A stretch of DNA of 63,744 bases, filler included, from Octopus bimaculoides (GCF_001194135.2; 11 parts of 10 records of this genome joined end to end with filler, not necessarily neighbours in it), one strand, 5' to 3'; numbered from the whole stretch's first letter, positions 51,241 through 62,677 are shown. Made by a program: numbers and translations. The notes: generated by a model not told the origin, from the sequence alone.

Positions 51241-51420
51241 AGGCGCAGGCGTGGTTGTATGCATGCTTGAGAACCTTGCTTCCCAGTGGTCTTGGGTTCA
51301 GTCCCATTGCGCGGTACCTCAGGCAAGTGTCCTCTACTATTAACCCCGGGGTCCCCGGGACGGTCAAAGCCGCGTGAGTGGATTCTAGTAGATGGAAACT
51401 GAAAGAAGCCACTCGTGTGT
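51241..51420 (+). mobile_element. SINE family A, 5' half
   Basis: aggcgcaggcgtggttgtatg..gggttcagtccc..ggcaagtgtcct..gatggaaactgaaagaagcc. Confidence 0.8.
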
Positions 51421-51689
51421 GTGTGTTTATATATATAATTCCCCCCCCCCAAAAAAAAACGGAGAGAAAACAAGAAAAAACAACGTGAAGACGTGGTACA
51501 TGAAAAGTATTAATAAGACGCTCAGAGAAGGAAAGGAACGACAGGCTTCTTTCAGTTTCCTCCGTATAGATAGATAAGTATGTGTGTGTTATGTTTAACA
51601 AGAATCGTCGCTAAGCGTTTTTGTTTTTTTTTGCGGCTCGGTAACGAGTCTACCAGCTCGCCGCTTTAAAGTAAGCTCAATTTTTGGCA

Positions 51690-51862
51690 CAAGGCCAGCA
51701 AGTTTGGAGGAGAGAGTAAGTTGATTACATTGACTCCATGGCTCAACTAGTACTCATTTTATCGACCTCGAAAGAATTTGAACTCAGTCCGTCTTTTCGG
51801 ACGAAATACCGCTAAGTAATTTGCCCGGCGTGCTAATAATGGTTCTGCCAGCTCGCCGCCTT
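51690..51862 (-). mobile_element. SINE family M
   Basis: gacgaaataccgctaag..ttgcccggcgtgcta..ttctgccagctcgccgcc. Confidence 0.8.
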
Positions 51863-52840
51863 GTTCACTGTACATATTAAGATGTAGAATTTAAATGAAT
51901 TTTTACCTGGGCTGTTAAATTAATCCTGTTAGGGAGGTCGTGAAATGGATGCTCCCAGCTGTTGGGCAAATAGTGAAAAGGTAATATATATATATCTGCA
52001 TGTACATAAGTAAAAATGAAACGAAAATAAGCTAAATGAAATTACAGGGCGGGCCAACGGTATGTTTATGAACAGCAAAGATGGATAATGGTATATTCAA
52101 TAACATACGTGATAAATTTCTGATTTGCGGAAATTAATCTCTGCGTTTTGAGACGGTAGAAAATCGTTTTGGGGGCAATTGGTATCATCGGAAAATGAGG
52201 AGAAGATAATCTCAGAAATCAAGAGATTCGTGTTTGTTGATCCAAATATCTTCCACTAGCTGCTCTAAGTTCTTTCTTTTATCTCATTTCTGCTTCATTT
52301 ATGCAAAATTACTCGGGCCATACATTCCCCCACCCCCATTATATACCCGAGTGTCTAGATCTGTTGGATTTAAAATATAACAACTACTATACCGATGATG
52401 TCCATTGAGGTCGAAACATACATATCAATAGCCAGACAGTTTTGGAGGATCCTTGATTCTTGAGATCATCTTTTTTTTCTTATTTAGGGTTCGTACTGCC
52501 ACCAAGTGATTGTCCTGTCTTCTCTTCAGGTGACGTTATCAAGAATTTATCTTGTTTGACATGTGAATATACCCGTACCCTCACATCACACCACGCACAC
52601 ACTACAACTGACCAACTCCTTTCTCCCCTCCCCATTTTCACACACACATACGTCAAGATCACCAGCATTCTATCTCCCACACACACAGCCCCTCGTTCTT
52701 CGATCACCGTTCTTTCTCCCCCTTTTCTTAGCTCTCCTGTGAAAAAAATCTCTAACTTCCGGTCAGCCATTACTATGATTGACCGTTGACTGAACACTAT
52801 TCAATTTTTTTTCTCCGTGTTTTTCTCCTTGTCTCCGTAT

Positions 52841-52877
52841 TCTTTCTGTTGAAGAGCGTAGCTCGAAACGTTAAAGA
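52841..52877 (+). ncRNA. Minimal hammerhead-ribozyme-like motif with variant core CUGUUGA, within a pLTR-like repeat (~52800-52950)
   Basis: TCTTT-CTGTTGA-A-GAGC(gta)GCTC-GAAAC-GT-T-AAAGA: stem I 5 bp, stem II 4 bp, palindromic stem III. Confidence 0.6.
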
Positions 52878-53039
52878 CTTCCCGTATTCCCGAGCGTCAT
52901 ACTAATACATCCTTTTGTTGTTTACACCACCTGTCCTCGTCTGTTGTTCTTTATTTCGTACATTCTCCCATATATATATATAAAATAAAACAAATGATAT
53001 GTGAGCATATGCATATATGCATACAATATATGTACATAA

Positions 53040-53215
53040 CTGCATCTACCTGTATATATAGATGCATATCCGGGTACAGGACGTCAAAAAAACGTGGACA
53101 AAAATGAAACGGGAACATACAAAGTACAAAAAACGGACTTTGTTTACAGACAACAGAACGAATACATAGGAAAAGAGACAAGCCACAAATGGAACTTTTC
53201 CTTCATCAGCTGCCT
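53040..53215 (-). mobile_element. Penelope-associated terminal repeat module
   Basis: Minus gcagctgatgaagg...gacgtcctgtacccggatatgcat; homologues at 26190-26375 and 60373-60560. Confidence 0.55.
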
Positions 53216-53216
53216 C

Positions 53217-53575
53217 TTACTTTTATTCTTTTACTTGTTTCAGTCATTTGACTGTGGCCATGCTGAAGTACCGCCTTTAGTCAAGCAAATCTACCCCAGG
53301 ACTTATTCTTAGTAAGCTTAGTACTTATTCTATCGGTCTCTTTTGTCGAACCACTAGGTTACGGGGACGTAAACACACTAGCATCGGTTGACAACCGATG
53401 TTGGGACGGGGACACACACACACACACATATATTTACGACGGGTTTCTTTCAGTTTCCATATACCAAATCCACTTACAAGGCTTTGGTCAGCCCGAGGGT
53501 GTAGTAGAAGACACTTGCCCAAGGTTCCACGCAGTGGGACTGAACCCGGAACGATGTGGTAGGTAAGCAAGCTTG
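53217..53575 (-). mobile_element. SINE family A, full length
   Basis: All diagnostic blocks are present in reverse complement. Confidence 0.9.
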
Positions 53576-53609
53576 TTATATATATATATACATAGTAAGT
53601 TTTTAATAT

Positions 53610-53926
53610 ATATAGCTGGTAAATTAGGAGAGTGGCTGCATGACTTCCTGAATGGTAGAAGTCAGACAGTTGCAGCCAATGGAGAACTATCTAGGGAAAC
53701 ACAAATATTGAGCGGTGTTCCACAAGGAACTGTTCTGGGGCCACTACTGTTCATAGTGGCCCTTCTGGACATGCCCACGGTCACTCGGAGAGCCACTGTC
53801 ACTAGCTATGCTGATGACACAAAGATATCTCAGGCAATAAAGAATCCTGATGATATTGTAAGCCTGCAGAATGACCTAAATGCAATATATGAGTGTGCAG
53901 AGCAAAATAATATGCAGTTCAATGCA
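53610..53926 (+). pseudogene. CR1/L2-group LINE reverse transcriptase fragment
   Basis: GKLGEWLHDFLNGRSQTV..SGVPQGTVLGPLLFIV..SYADDTKI..LQNDLNAIY..NNMQFN; truncated by gap. Confidence 0.9.
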
Positions 53927-54184
53927 NNNNNNNNNNNNNNNNNNNNNNNNNNNNNNNNNNNNNNNNNNNNTTAATTAATTAANNNNNNNNNNNNNNNNNN
54001 NNNNNNNNNNNNNNNNNNNNNNNNNNTATGTACTTATAAATTCTTCGAATTTTTTTTATATATCATATAGATGAATGCATCTATGTATGTATTTTGTATA
54101 CCATGGAGAACTTCTTTAATAGGGACTGAATGAATATATACATTGACCTTTCAATTTGTTTTCTCTCGAAATTTTTGGAGCGGT

Positions 54185-54265
54185 GCAGCCACCCGATTAG
54201 ATCAACAACTGGTACTTAATTTATCGAGCCCGAAAGGACGAAAGGCAAAGGCGACCTCGGCGGAA
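54185..54265 (-). mobile_element. SINE family M, central fragment
   Basis: ctggtacttaatttatcgagcccgaaaggacgaaaggcaaaggcgacctcggcggaa. Confidence 0.75.
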
Positions 54266-55445
54266 GAAGAATATAAATTTCAAAAGTAAAATATCTTTTC
54301 TATATATTTTTATATATGGTATATTGCTGTCATACACATACAGACACACACACACAGTTTCATTTTATAAAGGAGTTCACACAGATGTTTAATGTAGTAT
54401 ATTTAAACATCTTAGCTTACCTGCGGAAAATTACCGACAGTCAAGGTTTTATTTAGTCTATATTTAGTAGGTAAAATGGCCACATAGTATAATGTATTGT
54501 CTTGTTGAGAGGTGTGATATGAGATTTGTTGTGCGGTTTACTAAGGCCCTGTTAAGATCAAATTTGTCTTCGGGAGAAAATAAATAACATAACAGCCCCG
54601 TACGGGATTGATCCATCTCTTCTTTCTTTCTTTCTGGAAGAAATCAACCGAGTCACACCTGAAGAGGGGATCAATTCCACAAACATTAAAGTCCCAAAGA
54701 CACGGGGTATGTCAGGACGGCGTCCGTATGAGAGAGGAAGAGGGAAAATAAGAGAAAAATTGAGGGAGAGAATCAAAGGAACTGACAGAGAGACAGACAG
54801 ACAGATAGTAAGAAGGGTGAGAAAGAAAGTTGTGAGTTGAGAAAATAAAGTTATTGTCTTTTACTTACTGGCTGAAGTGTAAGGCGACTTCATCATCATC
54901 ATCATCATCGTTAACAACAACAACAGTTTGGTAGACAGACGGAAAGAATGCCATGTCCCCTCATTAACGGTAATATAACTACAAGGAATCATATTTAATC
55001 CACACTTAATTATAAATGATAGAGAACTTTGCAGTAGCTCTTTGTGTCTAACTATATTTCTTGTTATGTAATAATCTCAATTAATTGATATAAACCCCAA
55101 ACTGACAGATAGGTTATATATATATATATATATATATGTCTGAATGTTATATCTAAGAGAAGTTGTTATATATGCAACATCTAACAAAAAAATGTGATAT
55201 TTAATGCGATAATCACGTGACGTCCTATGCCATTTATTTGTTTCGAAGTATTTGAAACCAACTCGGCCCATCCTTTAATTCAATATATAAACGTCATTGT
55301 ATTCTATCTCTTCGTCTCGGTACATACGTACGTATGGTGTGTATATGCATGTATGTAGGCATGCATGTATGGGTGCATAGGCATGTGTGTATTACGCTTA
55401 TATGTACATATTACGCTTGTATGTGCATCTGTATGTGAATGTATG

Positions 55446-55490
<45 letters not shown>

Positions 55491-55664
55491 GAATAAAAAA
55501 TAAAAGTAAAAGAATAAAAATATATGTAGATATGTATGCGTGTTTATATGTATATAATATATACTTATGTACACATTCACATTTATGTGTACATACGTAT
55601 ACATATACACACACGTACACATATCTACATACATATACATATATATGATAACTTAGATAACAGA

Positions 55665-57075
55665 TTAGCTTTGACCATTGTCGGCCCAGGCCATGACTAA
55701 CTCAATAGCACCACCTGGAAAAGACTTTTAGCTAATTATTTCGGGACACCATGGACCACTCAAGTTGTTGGCTAAGACGTATCCAGGTGTAGGTGGTTTA
55801 TCCGGTATTTCCTGGAGGAATTTTTCCAAGTACCGTTTGAAAGTTGTGATGTCTTTTTCTACTTTTGTTTCTCTCGTGATAACATTGAAAAGAGCAGGAC
55901 CATTTTCAGTGAAGAAATTGTGTCACAATGTTCTTATGTGATGTGATCTCGACCTTTGTAGGTGACGCATCGCACGGGGGCCTAGTCTTGAGTGAATTGT
56001 AAAAATAATACCGATTTCATTTGGCTAATATTTGTGGAATACTTTCCACATGCCGCAGATAATGTATCGCTCACGGCGGCGTTGCAGAGAATAGGGTTTC
56101 AGCTGTTTAGGTCGAGCCCAAAAATGAAGTCCCGTCATGCCATTTATTATTTTAAGGATTGATCGTTGTGGCGCTTCGATCTTCATAATGTCATGTTTTT
56201 TGTAGGGGGACCACAATGGGCAGCATTATTCGAGGTGGGACCTAGCGAATGTGGAGAAGAGAAGGATGATGGTTTCATTATTCCTAGGTTGAAAAGTTCT
56301 GAGGATCTATGAGCACATTCTGTGGGCATCACCAACATTTTTTGTTGATGTGCACACTCCAGCTAAGGTTGCTGTCGACAGTTACACCCAAGTCTCTGAG
56401 ATTACCCGATGGTTCGAGTAGGTCTCCTGACGGTAGTGTATATGATTGTTTGAGTGTGCCCTCTTTTCCATAAGCTCAATTTTTTTCTCCGTTCAGCTGC
56501 ACATTGTCTTTTTTGTGTGTGTGTGCCCACTGGGTTACTGCGCATAGGTCCGATTGAAGCATCATTCGGTCATATGCTCCCTTAATGACTTTCTGAAGCT
56601 TAGGGTCATCTGAAAATATTTTAATGATGCTATGTTCTAGACAATAAAAAGAAGTAGACAATAGACAATAAAAAGAAGTAGACCCACCACAGTACCCTGC
56701 GGGACTACGCTGGAGACTTTTGCTGGTCTTGAGTGGATATCATCAACCACAACATGGTGGATCCTGTTTGTTAGGAAATACTTAATCCATTGAAGTAGAT
56801 TTTCGCCGACTCCAGCGTTGGATAGTTTCCTTAACAATATATTGGGGTCGACTCTGTCAAAGGGCTTGCTGGAATCAAGGTATATGACATCAGCGTTGGA
56901 GCCCTCACTTAGTGCATTTGAGATGCCATCAAAGTGGTGGAGGAGCTGTGTTAGATAGTCCCTCTCACTACGAAAGCTATGCTGGCTGCAATTTAGATGA
57001 TTTTGTTCTAGGGAGGTTGTTATTCTTGATCTCAACACTCTCAAATAGTTTGATGACATGTGAGATGAGTTAGAT
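55665..57075 (-). pseudogene. Decayed CR1-group LINE (RT and C-terminal region)
   Basis: QHSFRS..LTQLLHHFD..DVIYLDSSKPFDRVD..LL.KL..PQGTVVGLLLF; IFSDDPKL..LQSDL; WSP..K.DI.KIE..QR..YSLQRRRERY.I. Confidence 0.9.
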
Positions 57076-57310
57076 TAGATGCTAGTTTACTGGGAGCGAT
57101 TTATATGTGAGTGTGTGTGTATAGGTATGTATATATATATAGTATAATTGTTTATATATATATATATATTACAGAGATGAGCTTGCATAGCAAGTGACCT
57201 GATCTGAGATCGTGTGCTGGAACGAAAACAATTGCAGCGTGGAAGGTGTTTATAAGCCATTTAAAATAACACACAAAAGCCGTCAGATTCACTTCAACAT
57301 TTAAATTTAA

Positions 57311-57361
57311 TTTGTCAAAATATTTTCGTCGCTTTGAGACCGCGACCTGTTCACTGACAAA
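57311..57361 (-). ncRNA. Hammerhead-shaped motif with strongly deviant core (GUGAACA)
   Basis: Minus: TTTGTCA-GTGAACA-G-GTCGC(9 nt)GCGAC-GAAA-ATAT-T-T-TGACAAA. Stem I is 7 bp, stem II 5 bp, and stem III the palindrome AATATT. Confidence 0.45.
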
Positions 57362-57403
57362 ATTCTGTGCTGCACAGAATTTTGTCAGTGAACAGGTCGC
57401 GGT
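57339..57403. repeat. Perfect 32-bp inverted repeat with 1-nt spacer, ending at a gap
   Basis: accgcgacctgttcactgacaaaattctgtgc-t-gcacagaattttgtcagtgaacaggtcgcggt. Confidence 0.9.
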
Positions 57404-57503
57404 NNNNNNNNNNNNNNNNNNNNNNNNNNNNNNNNNNNNNNNNNNNNTTAATTAATTAANNNNNNNNNNNNNNNNNNNNNNNNNNNNNNNNNNNNNNNNN
57501 NNN

Positions 57504-57762
57504 GTATGTTATATATATTTGTAAGTCCTGGTATTTTTGTTATGTATTTGTCTGAATATTTTTTTATTATACCTAAGGCACCTACTATGATAGGAATTGT
57601 TTCTGTTTTTAGACTCCACATTCGAGTTATCTCTATTTCCAGGTCTTTGTATTTTGAAAGTTTTTCCATTTCTTTTCGACAAACGTTGTCATCTGCTGGT
57701 ATTGATACATCAATTAGAAAGCATTTTATTTCTTCATGATCTTTGACAACTATATCTGGTCT
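57504..57762 (-). pseudogene. 5'-truncated R4/Dong LINE (REL endonuclease end), 5' junction in (TAA)n
   Basis: Minus: (taa)n|RPDIVVKDHEEIKCFLIDVSIPADDNVCRKEMEKLSKYKDLEIEITRMWSLKTETIPIIVGALG. Confidence 0.9.
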
Positions 57763-57769
57763 ATTATTA

Positions 57770-57830
<61 letters not shown>

Positions 57831-57988
57831 CATCATCATTATTATTTATAGTTTCCTTTCATTATAAGTTTATTTCAGCTGCTTTAGTACCGGACATCCT
57901 CCGGAGATCAAGAGTAGCTAGAGCACTTTTGTTTTGCTATACATGCTAAAATTATCACCACATTTATTCCATTTTAGATGGAAAGTGC

Positions 57989-58059
<71 letters not shown>

Positions 58060-58061
<2 letters not shown>

Positions 58062-58278
58062 GAAGGCAGTGAGCTTACAGAATCGTTAACATTGCTGGAC
58101 GAAATGCTTAGCAGTATTTCGCGTGTCGTAAAGTTCTGTGTTCAAATTTCACCGAGGTCGAATTTGTCGTTCATCCTTTCGGGGTCGATAAATTAAGTAC
58201 CAGTGAAACACTGGGGTCGATGTGATCGACTTATTCTCTCCTCAAAAAATGGCTGCACTTGTGGAAAAAATTGAACCA
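58060..58278 (+). mobile_element. SINE family M, near full length
   Basis: aaggcagtgagcttacagaatcgtta..gttcaaatttcaccgaggtcga..catcctttcggggtcgataaattaagtaccagtgaaacactggggtcga. Confidence 0.85.
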
Positions 58279-58294
58279 ATTATTATTATTATTA

Positions 58295-58351
<57 letters not shown>

Positions 58352-58564
58352 GGAAGCTTACAGCTTATTTTGTTGGGTATGATGTCCTTAAGACACGAGA
58401 TTGCGATTTGGCCGCTTTTTATTGCTGTTAGGTTGTTGTCTGTCGCGTCGTTGCGTTGAGCAGTCGTTTACAAGATTTTCTATGCCCACACTCACAGGAA
58501 ATGTTCCATTAACTTTCGCCATTACACCTACATTTGAAGAAGGAAAAAACAATTTTCAACAAAG

Positions 58565-58632
<68 letters not shown>

Positions 58633-59850
58633 CAGGGGTTGGACAAAATAAAGGAAACACCTTAAAATTTCAAACAAATTTATTTTAATATGGGGTAGGA
58701 CAGCTTTGGCAGTAATTACAGCTTGAATTCTTTGAGGTATGGATTCGTACAAAGTCTGAATTGTTTCCAAAGGAATTTTTGTCCATTCTTCAGCTAAAAC
58801 ATTCTCCAGTTCTTGTAGTGATGATGGTGGAGGATATCAACTCCTTACTTGTTTTTCTAAAATACACCATAAATATTCAATAATATTGAGATCTGGGGTC
58901 TGAGGTGGCCAGATAGGATGTTCAACTTCACTAGAATGCTACTCGTGCCATTCAGTAACAACTTTAGCTGTGTGAATTGGTGCATTATCATCCTGAAAGA
59001 TTGCGTTTTTCTCCGGAAACAATTCCGTAACCATAGGATGAATTTGATCAGATAAAATGCTTAAATAGTCCTGACTATTAATTCTGCCATGAAGGGAAAC
59101 CATTGCCCGGCGTATTTCCAAGATACAGCCAATCAGATCATCACAGATCCTCCTCCATGTTTGACAGTTAGATGAAGGCAGTCTGGGTCAAATGCTTGTT
59201 TTGGCTGTCTCCACCCGTATATCCGGCCGGTGGTCGGAAATAAGGTACAAGGTGACTCGTCCGAGAAGATAACATTCTCCACTGCTCTAGGGACCAATTC
59301 TCTAGGTTTTTACTCTACTCTAAACGCTTTGCAATATTTGTTTTTGAAAGTAGTGGTTTTTTGATTGCAGCCCTCCCGTGAAATCCGGCTTTATGCAGCT
59401 CCTGGTGAACAGTTTTTTTGGAAACTGGGTTCTCGAGGTGGTCATTAAGCTCTTCAGTAATTTTGGGAGCTGTACTTTTGTGATCCTTTCTAACAATTCG
59501 CGTAAAAGTGCGACGGCACCTATCTGAAAGTTTTGGTTTTCTTTGGGAGTTTTTTTCGATGAGGAGGTTTTTCCTTCTTTCTCGAAGGCTGTCATTACTT
59601 TTGAGAAAGTACTTCTTGATACACCAAACATTTCGGCTGTTTTCGTTATGCTAGTGCCTGCCATACGAGCACCCACAATTTGACCACTTTGAAAGTCCGA
59701 TAGGTCTGTCATTTTAATGAATTTTAATTACGTTTTTCTGATGATATCTGAAAAGAAACAGCAATTTTAGCAAAACATATTAAGCAACAATAATAATAAA
59801 TCAAAAAACATAAAAATAAACAAAGTTTTGACGGTTTTATAGATATTTCA
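58633..59850 (-). mobile_element. Tc1-family (DDE-type) DNA transposon; decayed transposase 59712->58685; one TIR retained
   Basis: MTDLSDFQSGQIVGARMAG.SITKTAEMFGVSRST.SKV; FQDDNAPIHTAK; PDLNIIE; PTPY*. TIR caggggttggacaaaata..gaaacacc preceded by TA at the end of a (TATC)n array. Confidence 0.92.
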
Positions 59851-59854
59851 ATGC

Positions 59855-60272
59855 ACCATTCTCCGAGCCTTCCGGCGACTCTCGTCCGACCCCTCCACTT
59901 CGCACATATTCCCTAACTGACCCCTCCCCTCCTTCAAATAAGCCCACAACCTACGAGACCTCTTGGTCGACACCTTCTTCCATAACCCAACCTTCCAACC
60001 CAGCTCGTTCCCCTGCTCCCGCCCACGCTACCGCACTTGCCCTTACCTCTCCAACACCACCCTCTTCCGACTCGGAAATGACACGCCGGTCTCGCGCCAT
60101 TTCCGCTCTACCGGTCACTCGTTGCAACACCTGTCCGTGTTCGGATTGAGCTTGCATAGGGTCCATCCGGACTCCCGTTTGCACCGTGAACAGGGATTAA
60201 TCTTCTCTCTTCGCTCCTTTGCGCCACATAGGCTCAACTCTCCTCCCCTCACCTCACTCCCTCTCACACCTA
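59855..60272 (+). pseudogene. Penelope-like element C-terminus (GIY-YIG region, core deleted)
   Basis: ILRAFRRLSSDPSTSHIFP..PLP.F...NLRDLLV..FPCSRPRYRTCPY..PVSRHF...HSLQHLSVFGL..R..REQ.LIF.L...P..LN. Confidence 0.85.
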
Positions 60273-60372
60273 NNNNNNNNNNNNNNNNNNNNNNNNNNNN
60301 NNNNNNNNNNNNNNNNTTAATTAATTAANNNNNNNNNNNNNNNNNNNNNNNNNNNNNNNNNNNNNNNNNNNN

Positions 60373-60560
60373 TTCGAAGACTCATATTGTCGTTCAATGC
60401 TCGAAATGAGGAGTAGATAGAGCAGCTGACAACTGATGAAGGGTCGTTTTTTGTGTTACTTGTCCTATTTTCCATTTGCTTCTCACGTTTATGTATTCAA
60501 CTCTTTTTTTAGTATTTCACGTTGTTTACGGTTTGTGACGTCCTGTACCCACATATGAAT
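60373..60560 (+). mobile_element. Penelope-associated terminal repeat module
   Basis: ctcgaaatgaggagtagatagagcagctgacaactgatgaaggg...gacgtcctgtacccacatatgaat, lying just downstream of the PLE ORF across a gap. Confidence 0.6.
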
Positions 60561-60562
60561 AC

Positions 60563-60600
<38 letters not shown>

Positions 60601-60648
60601 GTGTACATATACATATATATATGCATATATATATTATTTATATTATAC

Positions 60649-60682
<34 letters not shown>

Positions 60683-60704
60683 ATATAGACATACATACAA
60701 ATAC

Positions 60705-60776
<72 letters not shown>

Positions 60777-60930
60777 GTTTATATTTATATAAAGGGCATT
60801 ATTACAGAAAAATTACAGAAAAAAAAAAATATATATATATTGTTATATATAAACATATACATAAATATATACATATACATACACGCAAACAGACATACAT
60901 ACATATTCAAATACATACATACATTTTGGA
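60560..60930. repeat. (TG)n/(TA)n microsatellite complex (representative of dozens in the window)
   Basis: Direct inspection; source of the YI/CV/HT-repeat ORFs. Confidence 0.95.
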
Positions 60931-62082
60931 GTGCACCCATCGAAACATATGTAGAAGACTTCAAGATATAATTGGGCTAACCACATCCCGAGCGTTCGTC
61001 TCTTTATTCAGTTTTCCTATTTTCTACTAAATACGACTTACTATGCCGGATTTAAATCCTGGGACACGTAAGAAACATTTCACCAACCTTGTTTTCCTTT
61101 AAATTGTAAACTAGATATATATTAAAAGGATGTGTTATAATACTATTCCACAGCCATACCATATATATATATATATATATATATGCACGCACACACACAC
61201 ACACACANNNNNNNNNNNNNNNNNNNNNNNNNNNNNNNNNNNNNNNNNNNNNNNNNNNNNNNNNNNNNNNNNNNNNNNNNNNNNNNNNNNNNNNNNNNNN
61301 NNNNNNNNNNNNNNNNNNNNNNNNNNNNNNNNNNNNNNNNNNNNNNNNNNNNNNNNNNNNNNNNNNNNNNNNNNNNNNNNNNNNNNNNNNNNNNNNNNNN
61401 NNNNNNNNNNNNNNNNNNNNNNNNNNNNNNNNNNNNNNNNNNNNNNNNNNNNNNNNNNNNNNNNNNNNNNNNNNNNNNNNNNNNNNNNNAGACTGTAAAA
61501 GGGCAACACAAATGAAAAAATACTAAATAAAAAAACGATTAACCTACGTACCATGGTTTCACCTGTTAAAATTTACATAAGTAAATAATATCTTCAGGAT
61601 CATCAGCGTAGTCAGTCGATTTATAAAATATAATTTCCAGAACTAGACACAAGACGTCCACCCGAAAGGGAGTTCTACAAATTACATTAAGTGTATCCTT
61701 TCAAATGTCTTCAATCTGGCGCGCTAAGTCCGGAAATAACTCTGCAGTTAATAAATTTTTGCAGCTAATTTACCGGTTTGAGAACATCATTATTTAAAAT
61801 TTATTAATAAGGGTATCAAATGAACTAGACTTAGCATTTAAGCATATTCCTGGTTGCAGTCAGTTTTCCGTGTTCGAGGATTTCTCCATAGGTCAAAGGC
61901 CACCTCTTTTGCTACATAAAAAATGCATGCAATTACTTCCGGATATATATCTATAGCAAGATAACTGTGCATCCCATGTAAAGAGTTCTCATACAGCAAA
62001 ACAAAGAAGCACTTTTTACAGTCACACTAAATTCTAATTCTATGAAGTACTTAGTTTCGAGGTTAGTAATATATACATACAT

Positions 62083-62113
<31 letters not shown>

Positions 62114-62646
62114 AATTCATAAGAATGGTACAAGGTNNNNNNNNNNNNNNNNNNNNNNNNNNNNNNNNNNNNNNNNNNNNTTAATTAATTAANNNNNNNN
62201 NNNNNNNNNNNNNNNNNNNNNNNNNNNNNNNNNNNNGTGTGTGTGTGTGATTATATTTACTTCTGTCGCCAAGGATTCTATCTTTTGTATTACTGTGTTA
62301 TATTATCACATTAGCTCTAATTTACTCTTTTTAGCATCATTACAAGGGAGAATGTGAGACCAGAAAAGATTCCAAAGTGTCTCTGTTCCCACATCTTATC
62401 TTGTAAACGCGTTTCTTCATCCACTCACGTATAATGTGATCCTGTTCTGTATTGAACTGTCTCCTCGCATGACTGCTTGTCCCGAAAAAAAATTTCCATG
62501 TCTCACCATAATAACGCGTTCACTTTCCAGTATGACTGATTGAGGAGAAAGAGAGAGAGAAGGAAGAGGAGACATAATGAGAGCAAGGTGGAGATTGAAA
62601 CCAAATAATATAAAAATAATTCTTTCTCACACACAAAAACAAAATA

Positions 62647-62677
<31 letters not shown>

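Noticed and set aside
56638-56690. Short tandem duplication (agacaataaaaagaagt) as a TSD-flanked insertion
   Set aside because: Simple local duplication within a dead CR1 copy.
61850-62030. ~60-codon open stretch on the minus strand after aatttag|
   Set aside because: Weak acceptor, no recognisable motif, and a length expected by chance.
2758-62192. Recurrent TTAATTAATTAA 12-mer as a biological repeat
   Set aside because: Always flanked by N-runs and has stops in all six frames; it is a scaffolding linker.
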